Positions 24,193 through 32,000 of a stretch of 32,000 nucleotides of DNA are shown here, in pieces (position 1 is the stretch's first letter; every line of letters starts with the position of its first letter). The stretch comes from Candidatus Thorarchaeota archaeon. Lineage in GTDB: Archaea > Asgardarchaeota > Thorarchaeia > Thorarchaeales > Thorarchaeaceae. The position numbers and the translations under genes were made by a program. The notes beneath the pieces were generated by a model. It saw nothing but the letters and a program-made list of their open reading frames with translations, was not told the origin of the DNA and did not search any database. The stretch lies in NCBI GenBank assembly GCA_003345555.1, contig PRDJ01000063.1, positions 1 to 32,000 of the forward strand, given 5' to 3'.

Positions 24193-25647
24193 ATGCTTGA
24201 AGCGCGTCACGTCACTTTCTCCTATGATGGAATACAACCTGTACTTCGTTCCATAGACCTGACGCTTCAACGAGGGGAGACTCTACTAATCACGGGCCCA
24301 ACCGGTTCGGGAAAGTCGACTCTGGCCAAGTTCCTCTGTGGATTCATACCACGAATCGTCCGTGGCGAATGTTCCGGTGTACTGTCCATCGACGGTGACG
24401 ACGCCGATTCTCTTACACTAACCGAAATTGCGCGGAAAGTATCTCTCGTACAGCAGGATCCCGAGAGCCAGATTTGTACCCTTACGGTAAGTGACGAGGT
24501 AGCATTCGGACCAGAGAACTACCTGATTAAACCCGAAGTTATGACCCGCCTAGTTGACTCGTCGTTGGCATCTATCGGATCATCTCATCTTGCTGGTCGT
24601 TTGACTTATGCATTGTCCGGTGGAGAGAAACAGCGGGTTGTGATAGCTTCAATGCTTGCGTGCCAACCTGACTATCTGATTCTAGATGAACCCTCGTCGA
24701 GTCTAGATCAGAAAGGCATTCTCCAGCTCGGACAGATATTGAGTGAGCTGAAGAAAAAGAACTTGGGTGTCATATGCATTGAACATCATCTTGAGCCATT
24801 CCTGCCGTCGGCAGACCGTGTTCTATCATTATCTGAGGGCAGACTGTTTCCTTGGGCCCAAGACGTTGGCCGGAGGGGCGGCCCATTCCAAAATCATTCT
24901 GTTCTGCCAATCGAGACCGATGCCCTCGCTTCAATGAAGAATGTCAGTTTTGCCTATGCAGACAGGCCTGTGATTCGGAGAGTCACAATGGCAATTCATC
25001 GTGGAGAGGTCATTGCACTGATGGGAGACAACGGCTCCGGGAAGACGACACTTCTTTGTTTGTTGGACGGACTGCTCAATCCCTTGGAGGGCGAGATCTG
25101 CTTGGGCGCTAATTCGGTCAAGAGGCTGTCAAAGAAAGACATAGCAAAGAAAGTCGCAATGGTATTTCAGAATCCGAACAATCAGATATTCGAGCGGACT
25201 GTCTCAAGGGAGCAACTTCTTACTTTGGACGTTCTGGGACTCAAAGAGAGTCGTTTGACCGAAAACAGCGGCGCGCGTCTCGATGAGGCTGGTCTTGCAG
25301 AATTCAAGGACAGAAACCCGTTCGCGTTAAGTCACGGTCAGAAACGTCGGCTCAATGTGTGCTCAGCTGTTGTTCATGATCCCGACTTGTACCTGTTTGA
25401 TGAGCCCTTCATTGGGCAGGATGAGCGTGGCCAAAGATTCATCACAAATACGATAGCCGAAAGGGCCCGAACAGGCGGGGCCTGCGTCGTGGCAACTCAC
25501 GATCTCCCCTTTGCGGCAGAGTATTGCAGCCGACTAGTTTTCCTAGAAAATGGCTCGTTGCTTTTCGATGGCCGCCCCGAATCAGTCTTTCACAGGCTCG
25601 AACAAACCGGGCGGCCGGAATACAGTCTTGGCAAGGTGGCGTCCTAA
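24193..25647 (+). CDS. ECF transporter duplicated ATPase (EcfA-A' fusion, YkoD-like)
   Basis: Two ABC cassettes: GPTGSGKST/QDPESQ/LSGGEKQR/ILDEP/EHH and GDNGSGKTT/FQNP/LSHGQKRR/LFDEP/ATHD. Confidence 0.95.
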   Translation: MLEARHVTFSYDGIQPVLRSIDLTLQRGETLLITGPTGSGKSTLAKFLCGFIPRIVRGECSGVLSIDGDDADSLTLTEIARKVSLVQQDPESQICTLTVSDEVAFGPENYLIKPEVMTRLVDSSLASIGSSHLAGRLTYALSGGEKQRVVIASMLACQPDYLILDEPSSSLDQKGILQLGQILSELKKKNLGVICIEHHLEPFLPSADRVLSLSEGRLFPWAQDVGRRGGPFQNHSVLPIETDALASMKNVSFAYADRPVIRRVTMAIHRGEVIALMGDNGSGKTTLLCLLDGLLNPLEGEICLGANSVKRLSKKDIAKKVAMVFQNPNNQIFERTVSREQLLTLDVLGLKESRLTENSGARLDEAGLAEFKDRNPFALSHGQKRRLNVCSAVVHDPDLYLFDEPFIGQDERGQRFITNTIAERARTGGACVVATHDLPFAAEYCSRLVFLENGSLLFDGRPESVFHRLEQTGRPEYSLGKVAS

Positions 25648-26466
25648 TTGACTTCACGGACTGGATTCATAGATAGGAATACGATACTCCACCGTCTGAA
25701 TCCCGCGATGAAGCTTTGCGCACTGGTATCCATAGCGGTTGCTACCATAGTCTATCCGAGTTGGCGACTAAGTGCAATTGTACTTCTGTCTATCTTGGTA
25801 TGTTTCAGACTCTCACACGTTCCCCTCCGGTTGACGAAAGGCCGGATGAAGTTCATTCTAACATTCGCGGCGCTGATGTTGTTGCTACAGATTATCGTAA
25901 TAGAGAATGGCTCGATTCTCTTCTATCTGCTCCCTCAAATCGGCAGCTTGGGCCCCTTCTTTCCGGTGACCGATTTCGGCATCGAACGAGGCCTAGATAT
26001 AGTGGTCAGGTTTCTCTTGATTATATTCTCCAGCATACTCTTTGTCTCGATCACTGACCCCACGCTGCTTGCCTATTCTCTGGTCCGGATTGGAATCCCC
26101 TACAGGTATGCTTTCTCACTTGTATTAGCGCTCAGATTCCTGCCGCTATTTGATTCCGAGAACAATATCGTTCGCATGGCTCAGCAGTCCAGAGGTATTT
26201 CCCTTGAGGTCGGCAGCATTCACAAGATACTCAGAAGCGTAAGGTACACATTCTTTCCTCTGCTCGTATCCGCCCTGTCGAGGGTTGACAGCCTTTCCCT
26301 TTCAATGACTGGTAGAGGATTTGGCTATAGTGATAAGAGAACGTACCTGCGCATCACACATTGGTCTCCAAGCGACTGGGCGATTCTCGCCATCTCGGTC
26401 ATCTTCACAATCTTCTGCTTCATACTGGCACTCGGTTTGCTTCCTCAGGTCTCTCGGTTCCTTTGA
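25648..26466 (+). CDS. ecfT: ECF transporter T-component
   Basis: LHRLNPAMKL, LALRFLP, conserved Arg motifs AQQSRG and MTGRGF, RTYL. Confidence 0.95.
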   Translation: MTSRTGFIDRNTILHRLNPAMKLCALVSIAVATIVYPSWRLSAIVLLSILVCFRLSHVPLRLTKGRMKFILTFAALMLLLQIIVIENGSILFYLLPQIGSLGPFFPVTDFGIERGLDIVVRFLLIIFSSILFVSITDPTLLAYSLVRIGIPYRYAFSLVLALRFLPLFDSENNIVRMAQQSRGISLEVGSIHKILRSVRYTFFPLLVSALSRVDSLSLSMTGRGFGYSDKRTYLRITHWSPSDWAILAISVIFTIFCFILALGLLPQVSRFL

Positions 26467-28637
26467 GATCGAGTGTGCGGAATGCGTGTCTCCACAGCAG
26501 TGCTGATTGAGTGAAGAGCATCCTCTGGAGTAACTCTGTTTCCATTCCGAAACACATTGGGATAGTACATGGAGTAGCACTGCAGGCATTTTCCAAGTGT
26601 CATTACTTGAACTTCAAGCGGAGTCGGTTTCTCTCCTCTTGTCTTGAGCACGGCCACCACCTCTTTCGATGCCTTGTCGATAGACCTTCTCACCGAGGCC
26701 CAGGATCTGGAGCGCCCTTGCAGCTCTCTCCTCCGACATACAAGAACAACATCATACTTGATGCTGTTGGTTAGGCGTAAGTGAGTTGAGGACTCCATCT
26801 CGCTTCTAACCGGGTAGGCCGCACTTATGGCAAAACCAGAATACAGCACTGCTTGAAGCACAGAGACCCACTCATTTAGGCTTCTATGATGAAATGTAAA
26901 CACAAGGATACCGTCCGGTTTCAGTACTCGGTTCGCTTCGGCAAAGATACCCGTGAGTCCCCGAAGGAACTCTTTCTCTCCTTTTTGCTGGACACTGTTA
27001 GAGATTACCTCCTCCTCCCATGGAACTGTTTCACTGTCGAACCACGAGTACTTGGTTCTTAGGCCCAATCGTAACCAGACATAGAAGAAATTCGATAGCT
27101 CCGAATACATCACGTTCCCTGCATATGGGGGGTCGGTGACGACAGCATCGATGACTGCATCCGGAATATCAATATGGTCCGAGGAACCGCAGATCAACAT
27201 TGCCTGTTTTGTTTTGCGAAAATCCTTGTAATGCAACGCTAATTGGCCACTAATCGGCGTGGTGAAGTGTACTGCTCTTATCTCAGTACCTTCAACTACT
27301 CTCTCAAACGGTGCTATACAGTAGTCTTTTGCCTCCATCACGAGTCTGACAAAGGCCGTGAAAGGTCCTCGCCCTTTTGCAGTATCATAGCAATTACCCT
27401 CCACTGGCGTCATTGAAGGCGAGTATGAGTGAGTTCTGAAGATGTCAGTTATGAAGCCCCTTGTTCCGTTGTACTTACATAGCATGTTATTATACTTCAG
27501 GCAATTCGAGAAAGCAAGGACAAGAAACTCCTTCAGATTCCAGTCTTCGATACTCAATATCCATCTGTATATCTTCCCGAGGTTCAGTAGCTGTCTAGCA
27601 TTGAATAAGTCCCTGAATTTCACGTATCCGTGGTTCAGGACGCGTCTAGTCTCCACCCCTTGCGGAATCGCTACGTCTGGGATGGGTAGATACTGTACTT
27701 CACTTTCGTACTCGCTTTCTGCTTTCTTCAGAAGCTCGTAGTCAGCACTATCGGGCGCCTTGTAGCCTCTGCCGTGCATCAATCTGGGGTTATTGTTTTG
27801 ATCACATGCATGACAGTAGAATTCGATGGCATACATTCGCTCTCTAGGTCGGCCCTGCTGTCTTATCGCGCGCGTAATCTGTGCAGGTTTGCATGTTGGT
27901 CTAAGGCAGAAGAACTGTTGTCCTGAAGTAAACGATGTTGCTTTTGCGCAGAATTCAGCCCCACATTTCGGGCAAGTGCTCGGTTGTGCTGCATTGAGGG
28001 TTTCGAAAATGCCCCAGCAGTTTGGGCAGACCACTACATCCCCTCTTCCTGTAGGGGCTTTGGCCAAGAAGAAGTCCCGCATCAGCGGAACCGTGGTGCC
28101 GCATTCAGGACACTTCAGCTCCTTACGATGAAAGTAGTAAATCGCTTCTGCACTGCCACTACACTCAGGACACACGGTTTTGTAGTACCTGCGGAGTTCG
28201 ACTCCAAGCTCGCTCTCAAGCTTCGAGAGACAGTCTCTGAGAGAAGCCGAGTCAATATGCTCAATCTCTTTTTTCACCACAAACCAAGAGACCGGATTCA
28301 GGTCTCCTCCAATGACCTTGCACCCAAGCCTGAGTGCCTCAACGATTGTGGTACCCCCGCCCATCATCGGGTCGAGGACGACCTTTCCGTTCAGCTGAGT
28401 GTCACGGGAATAGAAGGCCCATAGGTTGTTGGGGTCCTGATCCCATTGTGCCAATCCTCGGTCAGCCAGAGAATATAGAAGTATGGCACGAAAGACAGAA
28501 CCAAGTCTTCGTGCCCACCATTTGTGCATCAGATACACAGGACGATAATGCCGTCTTCCAAAGCCGGTCGACTCCTTCTCCGCAATCTTGTTGATTTCAG
28601 CAATTGGAAAGAAGTCTTCAATCGGTCTGGACGACAC
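26445..28637 (-). CDS. DUF1156-domain amino-DNA methyltransferase with multiple Zn-ribbon insertions
   Basis: HKWWARR (DUF1156), SAM motif DPMMGGGT, catalytic TDPPY, several CxxC pairs, LVFTFHH. Confidence 0.9.
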   Translation of the reverse strand: MSSRPIEDFFPIAEINKIAEKESTGFGRRHYRPVYLMHKWWARRLGSVFRAILLYSLADRGLAQWDQDPNNLWAFYSRDTQLNGKVVLDPMMGGGTTIVEALRLGCKVIGGDLNPVSWFVVKKEIEHIDSASLRDCLSKLESELGVELRRYYKTVCPECSGSAEAIYYFHRKELKCPECGTTVPLMRDFFLAKAPTGRGDVVVCPNCWGIFETLNAAQPSTCPKCGAEFCAKATSFTSGQQFFCLRPTCKPAQITRAIRQQGRPRERMYAIEFYCHACDQNNNPRLMHGRGYKAPDSADYELLKKAESEYESEVQYLPIPDVAIPQGVETRRVLNHGYVKFRDLFNARQLLNLGKIYRWILSIEDWNLKEFLVLAFSNCLKYNNMLCKYNGTRGFITDIFRTHSYSPSMTPVEGNCYDTAKGRGPFTAFVRLVMEAKDYCIAPFERVVEGTEIRAVHFTTPISGQLALHYKDFRKTKQAMLICGSSDHIDIPDAVIDAVVTDPPYAGNVMYSELSNFFYVWLRLGLRTKYSWFDSETVPWEEEVISNSVQQKGEKEFLRGLTGIFAEANRVLKPDGILVFTFHHRSLNEWVSVLQAVLYSGFAISAAYPVRSEMESSTHLRLTNSIKYDVVLVCRRRELQGRSRSWASVRRSIDKASKEVVAVLKTRGEKPTPLEVQVMTLGKCLQCYSMYYPNVFRNGNRVTPEDALHSISTAVETRIPHTRSQRNRET

Positions 28638-28752
28638 GGAAGAGCCCCCTTGTTCTCTGTCTTCTCAGTTGATGGAACCACCTTTCAAAGATTCCGAAGA
28701 ATCGGTCTGAGCCAGCAGGACTTGATAAGAAACCGTGGTCAACTGAGTAATG

Positions 28753-28760
28753 TTTTTATC
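28753..28760 (+). promoter_or_regulatory. TATA box of tRNA-Tyr
   Basis: TTTTTATC 26-33 nt upstream of the mature 5' end. Confidence 0.6.
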
Positions 28761-28785
28761 CAAAGCTAGAGGCCTTCTGTGCTCA

Positions 28786-28892
28786 CGGGGTGTAGCTCAA
28801 TCTGGCAGAGCTACGGACTGTAGATCCGTTGGTTGCTGGTTCTCCTGTACCGATTGCCGGTTCGGGGCCAAAAAATCCGGCCACCCCGACCA
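28786..28892 (+). tRNA. tRNA-Tyr(GTA) with 30-nt T-loop intron at 56/57 (28843-28872)
   Basis: C1-G72 acceptor CGGGGTG/CACCCCG + ACCA; ACGGA-CT-GTA-GA-TCCGT; BHB with bulge TCT, helix TGGT/GCCA, bulge AAA; splicing gives TTCAAAT. Confidence 0.93.
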
Positions 28893-28989
28893 TGTTTTCC
28901 CTCTATCAGACCTGTTTCTGGAGTATTATAGTGCTATTACAGATGTTTTAGTGTTCTCTCTCTTGTTCTAGATCAGAGGATTAATCAAA

Positions 28990-29277
28990 ATGGACGAAAT
29001 CGAGTCAAGGATTAGATCCGGCCTAAGAGGCCTCGGCATTCCCGTCCACTCGGTCTACATATTGCCTGGCTCGGAAAAGGAGCGAGTTCTGATTGCTTTC
29101 AAATCCGAAGATAACCTCAAACTCACAACAGCAAAGGTTCAGACAGCATTGAACTCCTTGGGGGTGGGCGAGTTTTCGGTACCAACCAACTTTGAGCGCT
29201 TGAGTGCGAGCTTTCTTCACCTAGAGGTTGTGCTTGGCGCTCGAATGGAAGGTCGAGTCGGGCAAGATGCTGAATAG
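28990..29277 (+). CDS. Small hypothetical protein (95 aa)
   Basis: ATG ORF filling the gap between tRNA-Tyr and the SDR gene; globular alpha/beta-like composition; AGAGGA upstream. Confidence 0.6.
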   Translation: MDEIESRIRSGLRGLGIPVHSVYILPGSEKERVLIAFKSEDNLKLTTAKVQTALNSLGVGEFSVPTNFERLSASFLHLEVVLGARMEGRVGQDAE

Positions 29278-29302
29278 CTGTTCCAGCTGGTGATCGCAGA
29301 AT

Positions 29303-30064
29303 ATGGATTTGAAGCTAAAGAACCGAAGATTCCTTGTCACAGCTGCCTCTCGTGGTCTCGGCTTCAGCGTTGCAAAGGCGCTCGTGCAGGAGGGAGCAGG
29401 TGTCACCATCTGCGGACGCACTGAAGACTCACTGAAGAAGGCGGTTTCAGCGCTAGGCGAGCGAGTGCGATACGTCGTCTCAGATGTTTCGACTGAGAAG
29501 GACGTGAAAAGACTGATAGGAGACGTACAATCCGTAAGCCCTAGACTGGACGGGCTGTTTGTCAATGCCGGTGGTCCTTCCCCTGGAACATTCTCAGCTT
29601 TGTCTGACCACGATTGGTATTCATCTTTTGACCTGACGGTGATGAGTGCTGTGCATCTTACTCGATATGCATTGCCTCTTCTGCGTAAGTCCGATGGCCC
29701 ATCTATCCTATACAGCACTTCTATCTCAGTCAAGCAGCCTCTTGAGAATCTTCTTCTATCTAACGCATTGCGACCGGCAGTAGTCGGCATGATGCGCACT
29801 CTAGCCGATGAACTCGGCCCGGAAGGCTTTCGATTGAATGCAGTCTGTCCGGGTTACATCCACACCAAGCGTGTCGAAGAGATCATGTCAAAATCGAAGG
29901 ACACTGAATCTGAGGAGAGCATCAAAGCAAGAATCCCTCTGCGTAGAATGGGTCAGCCCGACGAGTATGGTGCAGTCTGCGCATTCCTTCTAAGCCCGGC
30001 TGCCAGCTACATTCACGGGGCCCTGTTGCTGGTTGATGGCGGACTATACAGGGGCATGATGTGA
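29303..30064 (+). CDS. Short-chain dehydrogenase/reductase (FabG-like subfamily)
   Basis: VTAASRGLG, VNAGG, SNALR in place of YxxxK, NAVCPGYIHT, IPLRRMGQPDE, YIHGALLLVDGG. Confidence 0.92.
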   Translation: MDLKLKNRRFLVTAASRGLGFSVAKALVQEGAGVTICGRTEDSLKKAVSALGERVRYVVSDVSTEKDVKRLIGDVQSVSPRLDGLFVNAGGPSPGTFSALSDHDWYSSFDLTVMSAVHLTRYALPLLRKSDGPSILYSTSISVKQPLENLLLSNALRPAVVGMMRTLADELGPEGFRLNAVCPGYIHTKRVEEIMSKSKDTESEESIKARIPLRRMGQPDEYGAVCAFLLSPAASYIHGALLLVDGGLYRGMM

Positions 30065-30087
30065 ATCATTCGCAGACTCCCAGTTCC

Positions 30088-31089
30088 TCAATAGATTCTG
30101 AATGCATCAGCATGCGGCTGTTTAAAGCCACTCTTGCTCGGGTCATGCATTTGTACGACATGGTAGGACGCCATCTGTAATGCAATCGTATTCGGAATTG
30201 CCTGTGCAAGAGGTGTGACAAGGTCCAGTGCGTCAGTATGTAGGAGGTAGGTTCTCATGTTCAACTTTCCCGCAACAATCTTCGAGAAGCTTTCGTCTTT
30301 GGGTGAGACGGGGTCATCCAAGACAAGAACCGCCCGTTCATCCTTGCCAATTGATAGGTTGTAGTGATGTTGGAACTCCTCCCTCACTGCGGCGACACCC
30401 TTTGCTATCGAGAATTCATTAAGTTTCATCATACCGATTTGGGCAGCCACGTAGTTTGGCCCATCAGAAATCAGGTACAGAAGATCACCTCGCTTGACCA
30501 GCTTGGAGATGGCAATGCCCTGTCCCTCGGACCATTGTATGATTTCTTTTCCTCTGGACTCCAGAATCTGACAATCATGCCGAAGCCCGCCTTGGACGGG
30601 ACTCGGAAGCTGAGAGGCGAGTGCAAGAAGATAGGCCATTGCTGCAGTGGTAGGGGCTGACGGGCTGATGTTGTAAGAATCCACACCTGATCTAGTCTGC
30701 CATACTGACTCTGCAGTTTGAGCAGCTCTGCCATCAGGATTGTCCGTCAGGGCAACAGTGGTTGCGCCTAATGACTTGGCGAACTCGAGCGCCTCAGTTG
30801 TCACAAGACTACGACCTGAGGCACTCACTCCTATGACTGCACAATTCGACCCAATGGTGATTCTCTGTAGCTCGGGCGGAGAGACCGAGATCGCGTTGAA
30901 TCCAAGCATCAGGAGTGCCCACTTTCCGTACTCAGCGACAGCGTACGAATCGCCGCATCCGATTAGCAGGACCAATCGCTTATCAGACAAAGGGCGAAGG
31001 TCATCGGCTTTCGCAGCCGTCATGGTGTCTGCTATTGACGTGGCCTGTTTTACAATCGCACGGTAGCAAGCATCTAGGAATTGAGTCAC
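30088..31089 (-). CDS. Double-SIS-domain sugar-phosphate isomerase/deglycase-like protein (GlmS-C/FrlB/AgaS family, no glutaminase domain)
   Basis: IGCGDSY, IGVSASGRSLVT, TVALTDNPDG, MKLNEF, EEFQH. Confidence 0.85.
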   Translation of the reverse strand: MTQFLDACYRAIVKQATSIADTMTAAKADDLRPLSDKRLVLLIGCGDSYAVAEYGKWALLMLGFNAISVSPPELQRITIGSNCAVIGVSASGRSLVTTEALEFAKSLGATTVALTDNPDGRAAQTAESVWQTRSGVDSYNISPSAPTTAAMAYLLALASQLPSPVQGGLRHDCQILESRGKEIIQWSEGQGIAISKLVKRGDLLYLISDGPNYVAAQIGMMKLNEFSIAKGVAAVREEFQHHYNLSIGKDERAVLVLDDPVSPKDESFSKIVAGKLNMRTYLLHTDALDLVTPLAQAIPNTIALQMASYHVVQMHDPSKSGFKQPHADAFRIY

Positions 31090-31148
31090 AGAATATCACA
31101 CCGGGATGACGTACTTGCATTCACTTTCTGCTCACGGCCCAGAAGAAG

Positions 31149-31226
31149 TGGCGCCCCCGCCGGGATTTGAACCCGGGTTAGACGAGTGACAGTCGCCTAT
31201 GCTAGACCGGACTACACTACAGGGGC
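31149..31226 (-). tRNA. tRNA-Asp(GTC), intronless
   Basis: GCCCCTG/CGGGGGC + GCCA; GGCGA-CT-GTC-AC-TCGTC; CCGGG-TTCAAAT-CCCGG. Confidence 0.97.
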
Positions 31227-31570
31227 GTTCGAACAAACGGCCAATAGTCCTCGCGCGAAACGACTCCTCGGACGGTTTTCTATTAAAGTTGTCGGACTAT
31301 TATCACGCAATTCCTCCGGCTATGGTGCCAACTCAATCGAAGTAGCCGAGATTCACGGAGTACCTCTTGACTAACAAACAATTATCATAGTGCAGCATCA
31401 CAAACATGTGTTTCATCAAAACGCTTTTATGGCCTCAGAAGTCCGGTTCGCAGGCTCAGTCAGAGCTGCTTCCCACTAATGCATGACCGTGTGTGTTGCC
31501 CGGTGCGTATCATGTTCGGCACGAAGACTTCATGCAGAGTATGTACCATCGGACGCACAGACATCAACAT

Positions 31571-31676
31571 GGGCTAGTGGCGCAGCCAGGTAGCGCGGCA
31601 GGCTTTTAACCTGAAGCTCGCGGGTTCGAACGGCGTAGACGATTCGTGACGCTTGAAAATCCCGCCTAGCCCGCCA
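31571..31676 (+). tRNA. tRNA-Lys(TTT) with 29-nt T-loop intron at 59/60 (31631-31659)
   Basis: GGGCTAG/CTAGCCC + GCCA; GCAGG-CT-TTT-AA-CCTGA; BHB with helix TTCG/TGAA, bulges AAC and AAT, intron helix GGCGT/ACGCT; splicing gives TTCGAAT. Confidence 0.93.
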
Positions 31677-31833
31677 CGGGCATAACGAAAGTGGCAGCAG
31701 ACAAGCGCTGGGTCAAGAAAAAACACGGGGCGACTACCGCGACAGCGAACTCAGTTTTTCTGGGTTCATGCATTGGGAAGCGCATGTGCTGACAGTGGTT
31801 GCCCCGAATCCTCCATCAAGGTGTGGTAATAAC

Positions 31834-32000
31834 TTGGCCGCGGAAGAAAAAGACAAATACTGGCCGGTGATAGAGGCCTTCTTCTCTGAGTTTGGATTGG
31901 TAGGTCAACATCTCGACTCGTTCAACAGATTCGTTCGCGAAGAGCTGCAGGAGATCGTTGAAAGCGTTGGCAGGCTCAGTCCTAAGGTCGAGGACTACTT
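31834..32000 (+). CDS. rpoB: DNA-directed RNA polymerase subunit B (Rpo2), 5' fragment
   Basis: YWPVIEAFFSEFGLVGQHLDSFNRFVREELQEIV is the conserved N-terminus of Rpo2/Rpb2; TTG start with AGGTG upstream. Confidence 0.93.
   Translation, partial: MAAEEKDKYWPVIEAFFSEFGLVGQHLDSFNRFVREELQEIVESVGRLSPKVEDY

Noticed and set aside
26400-28900. Integrated element at tRNA-Tyr carrying the methyltransferase
   Set aside because: No integrase and no duplicated tRNA fragment (att site) found by eye; the MTase lies on the 5' side of the tRNA.
29700-29790. SDR lacking YxxxK as a possible pseudo-enzyme
   Set aside because: SxxxR (SNALR) with TAASRGLG is the normal pattern of a known FabG-like SDR subfamily.
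31227-31570. Hidden gene or ncRNA in the 344-nt gap between tRNA-Asp and tRNA-Lys
   Set aside because: Only short ORFs without recognisable motifs and no convincing structure; divergent promoters and leaders explain it.
1-32000. CRISPR array, split or permuted tRNA halves, selenocysteine read-through ORFs
   Set aside because: No regularly spaced repeats; all nine tRNAs are complete and colinear; no pair of ORFs needed a TGA read-through to complete a domain.

Overview
Archaeal core-genome region with no CRISPR array, integrase, transposase or rRNA that I could recognise. The mix of GatDE, TFE, MBF1, PAN, PINA, an EndA-fold protein, intron-rich tRNAs and a Pro/Gly-rich membrane protein is compatible with an Asgard (Thorarchaeia-like) or related lineage; this placement is inference. 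The window holds about 29 CDS. Two run off the edges and are missing from the ORF track: pan at the left and rpoB at the right. There are 9 tRNA genes, all with encoded CCA. Seven carry BHB-type introns and four of these are at non-canonical positions (variable loop 44/45, D-loop ~19/20, T-loop 56/57 and 59/60). Best candidates for undescribed biology: (1) a four-gene YkoEDC-like ECF importer whose S-component and an upstream extracellular metallophosphoesterase each carry a Cys-less molybdopterin-oxidoreductase-like domain; (2) a splicing-endonuclease subunit lacking two of three catalytic residues, consistent with a heteromeric enzyme for the relaxed introns; (3) a membrane-anchored (GGPPS)n protein with a C-terminal amphipathic helix; (4) two tRNAs with C at normally invariant T-loop U positions. 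All calls come from manual translation and motif recognition; no database searches were run.
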